Below the pieces are notes generated by a model. That model worked only from the letters and a program-made list of their open reading frames with translations. It did not search any database and was not told the DNA's origin. Both the position numbers and the translations under genes were made by a program. A stretch of 64,000 nucleotides of DNA from contig NC_086109.1 in NCBI RefSeq assembly GCF_963921235.1, positions 30,630,001-30,694,000 on the forward strand. Reading direction: 5' to 3'. Shown piece by piece: positions 37,820-47,986 of this stretch; position 1 is the first letter of the stretch, and each line of letters begins with the position of its first letter. Origin of the DNA: Mobula hypostoma. Taxonomy: Eukaryota.

Positions 37820-38425
37820 GGTCGGTGGCATTCGTTAGTCTGGCGAAACCATGCATCTGCGCCTGGAAGGTCTTGCTTCTCCTCTCCAGGGCGCAGGCCT
37901 GGGCAAGGTTGTATAGAAGACTGGCAGTTGCCCTTGCAGCAAGTCTCCCCTCTCCATGACTCCGACGTTATCCAAGGGAAGGGCAAGGGTTGATACAACT
38001 TGGCACCAGTGTCGTTGCAGGAATTGCCAAAATGAGGTTGAAGACAACGTCAGACTGCCTTAGGGACTCCTGCTCCGGATTTGTCCTCAGGGTTTACTCC
38101 CGAAGCATTTCCCATGAGTGGGTATGGCTGCAAGGCAGCGGAGGTTTGAAATCAGAGTTTTCCCTCTCTTACATGGACTGCCCTTCCGGGCTGATGAGCT
38201 CCATCTACCCGAAGCACAGGTTTTAAGGCACCAGGACCCACCTTCGCCCCTCCTACTGTCAGTAGAAACAGTTCCGCCGAGCTTAGAGGCTAAGCCACAC
38301 GAGAAGTTCAGGAGTTGGATTTGGTTGTCAGAGGCTGTTTGAGGTGCATGCCGTGAGGAGCACTTTTAGGTAGTGGGAGCTTGTCCCCACTACCACTCCT
38401 CAGCTTGGCAACCTTAGGAACCATA
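37820..38425 (-). mobile_element. RTE-derived non-autonomous element
   Basis: Minus-strand 3' end GGCGCAGATGCATGGTTTCGCCAGACTAACGAATGCCA resembles RTE-clade tails; GC-rich, hairpin-rich 5' part; no RT motifs. Confidence 0.55.
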
Positions 38426-38530
38426 ATTATTACCAGATTTAGAAATTCTAAATGCGTTATTATGAAAATCTTCCTCCATATTATAAAGAGGAAATTTTAA
38501 AATTAAAGAATGCCACAGTTATAATTTATT

Positions 38531-38682
38531 GTGGAAGATCATTTTGCCAGACAGTCTTTGAACTTTAAAAATTTTTACTGATAATGAAGGCTGCAAGAAA
38601 AGTTTTTTTTGCTTTAACGAACATGTTACAAGGCATTTTCGTTTGAATAGTAAGTCAATAGCTAAGTTACGAACATCAGCAT
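38531..38682 (+). repeat. 152-bp direct duplication, copy 1 (partner 43092-43243)
   Basis: G(T/C)GGAAGATCATTTTGCC...AACATCAGCAT occurs on both sides of the BEL element. Confidence 0.9.
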
Positions 38683-39068
38683 AACTCTTCCACATTAACA
38701 TCATACGGTGAAAAGGCGTTGCTTCTATAATATTTCTTTGTGGGTAGAAACGGAGCTCCCCACGATCATGCTGCACGCATGGTACCCACCTTCACACCTT
38801 CCCGAACCGGAGGCTACACATAAGACACGGCAAAACTGGAGTTGACGTCATCACATGCCGTGATATATCATAGACAATGAATTTACCTTTGTTATACTGT
38901 AACTATATTATCAACCTTTAACTTTAAATAGAAAATAGTTACAAACAAATCATGTAAAACATAGACCCAACAAAGTCAAATAAATGCCTTAAGGGCAACA
39001 CACTCCCTGCCTGACATTTCTAAGGTCACTATAAACATGGTATAGAATTTTAGTCTCTAGATCAGTTT

Positions 39069-40237
39069 TTAGGTAGAAATAGAACAACCTCTGTAATTGG
39101 TCTCAGGTTTCCTTTTCAGGGTTTGTTGTAAAGATGTGAACTGGTTGACTGCCTGCTCTTTGTTGTTTGGTAAGCGCTGGTATGGTTCTCTGAACAGTAG
39201 TGGGGTGACCCAGTTGTTTGCTTCATCTCTAAAAACCTTTGTGTCCGTTATTTTTAAGAAGATGGTGTCTTCCACCGACGGAGCAAGTTTATTATCGTGC
39301 TTAGTTTGAGCGAAGACTGACTGTCCCAGTGTCTTCTCAGTTACTTTACCATGCTCGTGCCTTTGTTGTGTTTCCTTGATACACGCAAAACTTGTGGAGG
39401 GCTGAGAAATTGAATGGCAGCCTCTCTCTAGCACGTTAGTCTTCAGCGTGTTAACTGTCGGTTTGTGTACGTTGCCAAGGCACACCTCTCCTATCACCAC
39501 CCAGCCCAGATCCAGACATTGGGTGAGGGGGGCGTCGTGTGGTCCATTGACCTGCTGCCTGACTTTGTGCACCCTAAGAACGTCTCTTCCAAGTAACAGG
39601 ATTATCTCTGCGTCCAGATCCAGTTCTGGGATGTGCTTGGCAATGTGGTGGTGATGGGGCTGGTGTAGCACTGCACTTGGCGTCGGAATCTCGGATCGGT
39701 TATTTAAGATCTTATTGCACTCTAAGAGTGGAGGGAGACTGATGACGACTTTGCCATCCAGCAACTTGAGCTGGAAGCCTTCTGCCTTCTACCATATGTT
39801 CCTGCGATGCCAGAGCAAGTTCTGAGGTAGTATAGGAATGGATTACCCTTTACGCTGAACAACTCGAAGAACTCTGGTCTCACTAGTGAGCGGTTGCTCT
39901 GGTTGTCAAGAATTACATAGGCTTTGATGGCTTTGTCTCTGGCTCCCTTAGAGTATACCTCAGTGAGGCAGATCTTTGAGTACGAACGGCTCGACTGACC
40001 TGGACTGCAAACTTCTGTGCAGCTCGAGCTGACAATAGTTGTATCAGAGTGATGCTCTCCCTCCCCGCCATCCTCTTGTGGGAACGGAGATGTCTTGGCA
40101 GTTTGAGGTGTTGGGCCGGGATGCATGGCCCCACTGTGATTAGTGCTGTTAAATTCCGAGCAGTTTACGGGGAACGTACACTCTTTAGCGAGGTGGAAAG
40201 TAGAGGAACAGCACTTAAAAGATATTCTTTTTTCCAT
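39069..40237 (-). pseudogene. BEL zinc knuckles, protease and pre-RT region (frameshifted)
   Basis: FKCCSSTFHLAKEC, ILDNQSNRSL, IILLLGRD, LGWVVIG and LPNNKEQA motifs. Confidence 0.8.
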
Positions 40238-40270
40238 GAGAAGGGCCTTTCTTTTGTCAAAGGGTTTGTT

Positions 40271-41047
40271 TCAAAACATTCTGCATTTTTTGAGGGGGTG
40301 GGGTTTGTTGTGCAATGGATAATTCTTGCTAGGGTCATCGTTGTTTGTGGAGACTTCAGTTTTATACACTGAGATGGGTTTATTGATGACAAAACTGTTT
40401 GAAGTGGGTTTGACTGGGTTTGTGTGAGTGGTGGTGCTGCCTTGATTCATGAAGCTAGGGTCGTTTCGCCTCTTTGCCTCCTTGCACACAAACCTACTAA
40501 AATACTCAAAGGGAGGGAATCCACCACTGTTCCCTTCTTTGTACTCTGAGCCAATAGATACCCATCTTTCCTGCAGCCCAAATGGAAGCTTGGGCACAAC
40601 TGGTCCAACTCTGCGTGAGGTATCCAGATATGACAGGCCAGGTAAATAGCCGTTTTCTTCAGCACCTTGAATCTCCATGAGTAAATCTCCCAGTTCTCGT
40701 AATTTAGTGTTGTCCTTGGCTGACTCCCGAGGAAAATTGTCCAACCATTGAAATAGCACCCCCTTAATAATTTCAGGGGCCGCATAGCAGTCCCGAAGTC
40801 CCTCCCATGATTTGTGTAAGGCTAGCTTGGGGTTGTTGACGTACACTGAGCGTATGCGTTTCTCCTGTTCACTTGATTCCTTTCCCAGCCATTTAGTCAT
40901 AAGGTCCAACTCTTGGGTTGCTGTGAGCTGGACTCTGCCAGTGGCACTGGTGAATGAGGAGTACCACGCACGGTAATTTTCAGGCTTATCATCAAACTGG
41001 TACAGTCCTGAATTGACCAGGTCTCGTCGCGCTAAATACTGTGCCAA
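40271..41047 (-). pseudogene. gag: BEL/Pao gag fragment
   Basis: YLARRDLVNSGLYQFDDKPENYRAWYSSF...KLPFGLQERW...FPPFEYF, typical of BEL gag. Confidence 0.8.
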
Positions 41048-41922
41048 GGGTTCTGCTGCAGGTGGCGTGCTAGCTAGGGGAATATGTTGGGGGCCATATG
41101 ACTGAGCGTGTACATTTATGGTGGGATTCGATGTTCTGTCTTCAGCCTTTGTCTCTGATCTCGCCGGATCTCATAAGTTTAGTGTTGGGAAGTATTCGTA
41201 GACAGCCCTTTCATACTTGAGTTTGTGGCAAGGTTGCAATTGTGAGTTGTCTTCCCCAGGTGGACGCGATGCAACGAAGCTTCCCTGTGATTTCACATGA
41301 GATGGGACGTTAACAGGCAAGTATGGAGAGGGAGAATGAATCTGCAGATCAATTTGAGATTGGACATATTTGCTGGTGCGTTCCAATTTGGCCTTTTCTG
41401 ACATAGATTCTCATGCTTCGTCTAGAACGTGCATTTCTTCAGCGATTTCTAACACTTGTGCTTCCACCACGGCTGCATCTGCTTCTCATTGTAGTGCCAG
41501 CACTTCTAACTCTGTATTTATCCTTGCCTGTTCCAACTGGTTTTCCGCTTCTCTGGCAGCCTTTTCCTTCTGGCTTTCCGCTTCTCTGGCAGCTTTTTCC
41601 ATGTTCAGTTTTGCCTTTGGTTAGCGTATGACACTCGCACCTTGGCGGCTTCTGCTTTAGCTCTTGCGAGGGCAGCCACACTTGTCGAAGTCCTACTGCT
41701 CTTGATGCTGAGTGCAAGTGACTTGATGCTTGATAGAGAAGCCATCGTACCACTTGTTGAAGCACCGAATGATTCCGCCTTTTCACTGTAGTGTTCTCGT
41801 GCAGTGTGTTGAAATTCTGACTAAATACCAAGTTAAACCGGAGCCAGTGAAGACAGAGTCGTAGCAAGGTTAACCATTTACTGTTCATTCTTCCACATTA
41901 ACATCGTATGGTGAAAACTGTT

Positions 41923-42559
41923 GATTAGATTAGACTAGATTATGAGGACACGCAGTCCTCTTTTATTGTCATTTAGTAATGCATGCATTAAGAAATGATA
42001 TAATATTCCTCCGGTGTGATATCACAAAACACAGGACAGACCAAGACTGAAAAAACTAACAAAACCACATAATTATAACATATAGTTACAACAGTGCAAC
42101 AATACCATAACTTGATGAAGAACAGGCCATGGCACAGTAAAAAAGTTCAAAGTCACTCGAAAGTCCCACATCTCATACAGACGGGAGAAAGAAGAAAACT
42201 CTCCCTGCCATGCCCGACCACAGTCCGACTCTGAGTTGTCTGAAAACTTCAAGCCTCTGATCAGCCCTCCGACACCGAGTACCGAGCACCATCTCTATCC
42301 GAACAATTCGACCTCAATCTTGGTCACCAGCAGCAGGCAAAGCCGGGGATTTTGGGGCCTTTCCTCCGGAAGATTCTCAATCACCCAGTAACAGCAGCAG
42401 TGAACCGACGTTTCAGAAATTTCTCCAGATGTTCCTCTGTGCTTTTCACGTCTGTCTCCATCAAATCAGAATTGTCCACGGCCCCTATTTAACGGATACA
42501 ATATCATTTTCACCGGAAAGCTGTGCGCACGCAGTGCGCTGCTATCTTCTCCTCCCGCC
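41923..42559 (-). mobile_element. Non-autonomous retroelement, copy 2, inserted in the BEL 5' LTR
   Basis: Colinear with 29321-30002; same (TAATC)n tail and GGAGGAGAAGAT 5' end. Confidence 0.8.
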
Positions 42560-43091
42560 TTTAAAAAAAATACAAACATATACAGTTTCTATTTCATTCT
42601 GGAGACCACGCGTGCTCTCTTCTTTTAGCAAGTGTCTCCAGCCGCCCGAGCAGCAGGCATGGGGGTTGCGTCAAACCGCCATCGGGCTCGAGCCCACCCC
42701 GCGTTTGAAATTGAAAAGCTGGCAGGCGCGCCACCCCAACCACCACTTCCTTAACAGAAACCGTGTTAATATTTTTCTTCAAATACATTCTTATGAACTT
42801 ATGGCATTGCTTCTATAATGTTCCTTTGTGGGTAGAAACGGAGCTCTTCACAATCATGCTGCACGCATGACACCCGCCTTCACACCTTCTCCGAACCGAA
42901 GGTTACATATAAGTGGCGGCGAAACTAGAGGTAACGTCATCACATGCCGCGATATACCATAGACAATGAACTTATCTTTGTTAAACTGTAACATAATCAT
43001 CAACCTTTAACTTTAACTAGAAAATAGTTACAAATAAATCACTTAAAATGTAGACCCAACAAAGTCAAATAAATGCCTTAAGGGCAACACA

Positions 43092-43243
43092 GCGGAAGAT
43101 CATTTTGCCAGGCAGTCTTTGAACTTTAAACATTTTTACTGATAATGAAGACTGCAAGAAAAGTTTTTTTTGCTTTAACGAACATGTTACAAGGCATTTT
43201 TGTTTGACCAGCGAACCAATAGCTAAGTTACTAACATCAGCAT
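43092..43243 (+). repeat. 152-bp direct duplication, copy 2
   Basis: Begins immediately after the LTR terminus GGGCAACACA; matches 38531-38682. Confidence 0.9.
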
Positions 43244-43714
43244 GCAGGTATGGTCCTCCAAGATTTGTTTGACTATCTCTGTGTTGAGCTAGCAAATCCC
43301 AGCTGTGTAGCATTAGTGCTGCTGCAATTGGCCTGGCGTTCATGGATCTACCAGTGTAAAATTAGCCAGTTTGTTTATTCCGAGATATAAACCAAGATCC
43401 TTCTGCTTGGAAACACATGCACACAGACAACATTTAAAGGATCAGAACTGGCTGAGCTATGAAACAGACAGCCAATGCTTACTTTCAATAAGGAGACTGA
43501 TTCGCACTTTGCTTTCTAAAGGATAGTTAAAGCCTGTGGCACTGTTGACACAGGCAGAGTCAATACAGGCCATTTTCAACTCTACCACACAGGTGGGAAA
43601 CTAAAGAAGACTGTAGTCCTTAAAAAAAAGTGCTCAAAATTCACAATTGATTTTAATGAATGAGTGAAGCACATTGCCAGAATTAAGTTCAGAATCAGGA
43701 TTATTATCACTCAT

Positions 43715-43848
43715 TGGCTTCTTCCCCTTTCCTTTCCAGTTCCGATGAAGGGTCCAGGCGCAAAACGTTGACTGTTTATTCCTCTCCATAGATGCTGCCT
43801 GACCTGTTGAGTTCCTCTAGCATTTTGTGTCTGTTACTTTGGATTTCA
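43715..43848 (+). mobile_element. Penelope-like terminal repeat with decayed hammerhead core
   Basis: TCCGATGAAGGGTCCAGGCGCAAAACGTTGACTGTTTATTCCTCTCCATAGATGCTGCC. Confidence 0.6.
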
Positions 43849-45105
43849 GTTCAATTCAAGTCTAACTGTCATTAAATCATACATGAATACTCATGAGTAC
43901 AGTCAAATGAAACAGTGTTACTCCAGGGTCAAGGTGCTAAACACAGTACCAACACTCACACATGGCACAAAGCACAGCCAAAATAGCAAGCACAAATGGT
44001 ATCGCAATCACATAATAAAAGAGGCACAAAACTCGCAACCATCAGTTCACCGACGTCGACAATTGACCCTGTCTCTTGTCGAGCGAACTCAGCGGTGGGG
44101 GGGGGGGGTTGTCAGTGTGGACTCCCACCTGGGCACCACTCTGCACCGCCCTAATGGCCCTCCTCCAGGTGGCACTGCGGGCTTGGTTCCTAGTCCTCAC
44201 ACGTACAAGACAACAAGCCCAAAAGAAAATTAATAAAAATAAAACAACACAAAATATACATGTATATAGTCCAGTCACCCCCGCCCATTGAACTCTTCAG
44301 TCGACCACAATGGAGCTTGTCTCTGCTGATTGAATGCTGGCGGGGGCAGGGGGAGTGTGGTGGTGGTGATGGCAGCACCAACTCTAGCCTGAACGCTGCA
44401 CCACACCGTCCCCAGTGGAGCGCCCCCACCCCCCACCACCCCCAGGTGACACACTGGCTTGAAGCCCAGTCCTTGCCTATACAAGATAACAAGTACCTGT
44501 AGAATTTTAGTAAAGTACAACCATGCAACAAAATATACATGTATATAGTCCATACCCTTCAGCTCATCGAAACCTTCAGTTGACCAAAATGGAGCTTGTC
44601 TTTCACTGAGTGAACACTGGGGGGTGGGGAGGGGCAGCTCCATTTCCAGCCTGGGTGCTGCACCACACTACCCCCAGTAGAGCATTCCAGCTCAGATACC
44701 TCCCCCCCCCCCCACCGTGTCTGTTAAACAGGCGACCCTGCAGCTTAGTGGTCCCCTGAGTCCACGAAGTGCCGCCACAATCTATAGTCGACCGCAGCAG
44801 TTGTTGTCTCCTGCTGAGGCTCCATCCTTTTGGACATTGTTAATCTGGTATGCCGAATGTTTGATTCACTGATTTACTAGCTGAGAGCCAGGGCGGACGG
44901 CGGGGGACCTGTGTGGCCTTAGTCGTTTTGACGACTAAGCATCAACCAGAGTGTCACCAGTTTGCAGCCGTCGGGAGAGGGGTGTCGAAGCTTGTGCGCT
45001 CCACGGGGCCAGTGTGGCGCAGCCAGTACTGCCCTGCCAGTGTTTCGCTCGGCAGAAGGCAACATCTGTGGAAAGAGAAGCAGCTAAAACTTCAGATCCA
45101 GGGCC
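43849..45105 (-). repeat. Unclassified interspersed repeat with diverged ~280-bp internal tandem units
   Basis: ACAAAATATACATGTATATAGTCCA recurs at about 44249 and 44528, each followed by GACCA(C/A)AATGGAGCTTGTC; a (TTGAA)-like tail lies at the left end. Confidence 0.45.
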
Positions 45106-45264
45106 TTTAGTTACAATTATTCCTGTTCCAAGGTGTAATATCAATAGGTGCTACAAGGCGTCTTTATTCTCCTACTCAATCCTCTTGCAATGAAGGGCAA
45201 CTTGCACTTTGTTTTGCCACTGATCACTGAGCCTGCATTTTATTGTATGGTGGTATGTGTATAA

Positions 45265-45985
45265 AGGCTGATTTATATTTGTGTGTACTAGCTTACGCCG
45301 TAGCCTATGCAGGTGGGCTACGACGTTGTGAGCATTTATACTTGTGCGTTGGTGTGTCTGCGTCTCTCTGCAATTCACTGCCAAAATGCTTGTTGGCGGT
45401 GGGGTTTCAATACCACTGTGTTGAGTTTCTTTGTGTTGAAGCTCAACACAAGGAAACTCAAGCCTCAAACAATGGCGACTGAAACTGAAGGAGGGTGAAT
45501 TTTCTGTGCTTGTCTGGCCACTAAGAGACATTGACGAGGAAATGCATTTCAAATATTTTCGTATGTCGGTAGGTAGATTTGACGATTTGGTTCATTGTCT
45601 CCAACCATTTATTTCTCATCAGTGTATGCACAGTATACTCAGAGACTGGCAATCACCATTTGAGTTTTAGCTTCAGGTGGAAGTCAACAGGTTGCAGCAG
45701 CTAGCTACAAACTGGCGTCAAGCACAGGGTCCTCCGTAATTTCGGAGGTCTGCAAAGCTTTATAAGAAGCATTGCAGCCAGAGTTCCTTCCCTGTCCTTC
45801 AGTCGCCTAATGTGAAGTTATTGCAGCGTAGGAGTTGTTCGGTCTGCATTGCCGCGACGCCTAGATACATTTTGGGAGAGGTGCGCATTAGGCTACGGTG
45901 TAGGGTTCGGCATATAGTACAGCGTAGGGTACGCAGCTACACTGTACCTACAGCATACATTTGATGCACAAGTATAAGTCAACCT
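45265..45985 (+). mobile_element. PIF/Harbinger deletion derivative, copy 1
   Basis: TIRs AGGCTGATTTATA.TTGTG / CACAAGTATAAGTCAACCT; flanks TAA and TTA; transposase remnant [15 protein letters not shown]...LASGGSQQ...SEVCKAL. Confidence 0.85.
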
Positions 45986-46089
45986 TTAGGATGTTGATAT
46001 CCAACATCATTCCGGCTCTCAATATTTGAAAACATACTTTATTTCTATTATACTTTGCTACTATTAATTTTCATTTTTTTAAATTATTT

Positions 46090-46230
46090 AAGTCCTGATA
46101 AGGGTCTTGACCTGAAACATCGACTTTTATATTGTTTTCCATAGATGCTGCCTGGCCTCCTGAATTAGTTCAGTATTTTGTGTGTTTTACTCTGGATTTC
46201 CAGCATCTGTAGAAACTCATGTGCTTTTGT
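46090..46230 (+). mobile_element. Penelope-like terminal repeat with near-complete hammerhead core
   Basis: CCTGATAAGGGTCTTGACCTGAAACATCGAC...ATAGATGCTGCCTGGCC. Confidence 0.6.
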
Positions 46231-46249
46231 TTCTATTATTCTATCTTTG

Positions 46250-46821
46250 TGTAACACTCCATAATGGCCTCTCTGTAATGTTTCACTGCTAAGGTAATGG
46301 TTTCTCTGTAGCAGCAATGTTTGGGTTTTGACTACAGATAATGGGGGCTTTGGAATGTATGCTAACCAATGGGAGGCATGTTTTTCTTTCTTGTGGGTCT
46401 GGGAGCAGGGATTTTGCGGTCTTTTGTCAGTGAGACATGAAGAGAGAAGATGCAAATGGAGAGAGTTGGTAGACCGCCGGAGGGAATGGACTAGGAGAGA
46501 GAGTGCAAAGGTCAGCAACACTTGGAGGAGGTCAATGGGGGACATCGGGACATACCTGTGAGCTCCAATGTGCTCATTAGACTGTTTCATTAATATGGAC
46601 CCTTGTCTTTTTATTTTCTTTACTAACCCTATAGTCAGAGTAAGATTAATGAAGTTCAATCATTAAATTGCATATGGTATACTGTCTGATATTTTGCTGT
46701 TCAGATTTGTAATCGGGCAACACATCATGCAACATCCACTCAAATGAAATTTCTCAGTTTGGCTGGGGCAGAGGTTGTCTTCCTCTAGACAAACGCATGC
46801 TGGCCGAACTTGAGGGTTACA
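46250..46821 (+). repeat. Gypsy 5' LTR
   Basis: TG...CA termini with TGTAAC/GTTACA inverted ends; its 3' end matches 53959-54033. Confidence 0.85.
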
Positions 46822-46825
46822 ATTG

Positions 46826-46843
46826 TGGGGGCTCGTCCAGGAT
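46826..46843 (+). promoter_or_regulatory. Primer-binding site, tRNA-Pro
   Basis: TGGGGGCTCGTCCAGGAT; 17/18 match to the complement of the tRNA-Pro 3' end. Confidence 0.9.
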
Positions 46844-46909
46844 CAATTCCATTGGATGTTGTGTGATTGCCCTGAGCACTGGATTGTGTGTTTAAGTCTG
46901 TGCTGGTAT

Positions 46910-47986
46910 GGATGCTGGTGTGCCTCCAGAGTGTTACCGGTAACGAATGTGTGCGTGTTGAGTGGGATGGATATTCATACCCTGGATGAATTGTTAATTC
47001 AATTTTTGAGCATGGTTAAAGCTGTTGGCAAAGTTGAGGTTGTAGCGCAGATGTTTGATAAAATGGTGGGCTCAGACCTTGTTTTAGTTCAGACTAGCTC
47101 TGATGTAATGGTAGTGGAACTGCCAACATCTATCGGTGCCTCAGGTGAAGCGGGGCCATGGCCTGTCCATGCTGTCAGGGAGGAGGCGAATGTAGTGGAG
47201 CGGTCCGAATCCCAAGTCGAGCTTCCTGTAGCTGGGGGTGGAGACTTCAAAGACAGGGTCCTATTGTTTCTGAGGAGTGAGGGGAAGGAGTGGTTGAATT
47301 TGGAATGTCTAATTAGTCCCTGTCCCCCAGTGAAAAGTGAGAATTCTGAGGTAGTATCCACCCTTACCTCTCTGGCAATAGGGATTGGTTGAGAGTTTGA
47401 GTGGGCGGGCTGCTGATGTGGTGAGAGCTTTGAAATCATGGCAACCTTTAGCTAACCTTGCCGATTATCTGGGGCACTGGAGAGCACCTTTGGTACGATA
47501 AGGAGCCCACCGGAGCTCATGGTGGGGTCTCAGATCAAGCGTCAGGAGAAGGGGGAGAAGCTTTCTGCTTACATTTTTTGGTTAAAGAGGCAGTTAAATT
47601 GCTTATGGTGCAGAGGGCTCATTCAAGCGGCTGAAGTGGATCAGTTAAGAATGGACCCGATAGGCAAGGGCGCCCAGTCCCAGGAGCTGATTGCTTGGGG
47701 TCTCCAACAGTCTCGTAAGATGTGCCCCCCTCTCTCCTTTGTCGAGCTGATCAGAGAGGTACGGGAGGAGGAGGATGCGTCGGAGGCACGGGAGGGCTCC
47801 GTCAGCAGGGTACAGTCCTTGGTAGTAGGCCCTTGTGGTGAAGTGAGCACGAATAGCCTGCCCTGGGGAGCGGTAGAGGAGCTTGTGGCAGAGTTGACAA
47901 CCCAGATGTCTCGGCTGTTAATGGTGGGTGTGACACCCCCACATATGATGGAGCTGATGGGAGGGGAAGATCCCCTAAGGGGATGA
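46910..47986 (+). pseudogene. gag: PNMA-like Gypsy gag (disrupted)
   Basis: QEKGEKLSAYIFWL...VDQLR...GA...PPLSFVELIREVREEE resembles the PNMA/Ma-family capsid region. Confidence 0.65.

Larger units (their letters stand above)
38683..43091 (-). mobile_element. BEL/Pao LTR retrotransposon with RT, RNase H and integrase deleted
   Basis: LTRs at 41787-43091 and truncated 38683-39002 (minus start TGTGTTGCCC); PPT GGCAGGGAG; gag, Cys/His knuckles, protease YVILDNQSNRSL, and integrase C-terminus RPITEVVLFLPKN. Confidence 0.88.

Noticed and set aside
38189..38220. Plus-strand CTGATGAG...CGAAGC as a hammerhead
   Set aside because: No stem II pairing, GAAG instead of GAAA, and antisense to the element.
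46910..47986. Domesticated PNMA-like host gene
   Set aside because: It is disrupted and embedded in an LTR-PBS-gag-pol structure with equally decayed pol.
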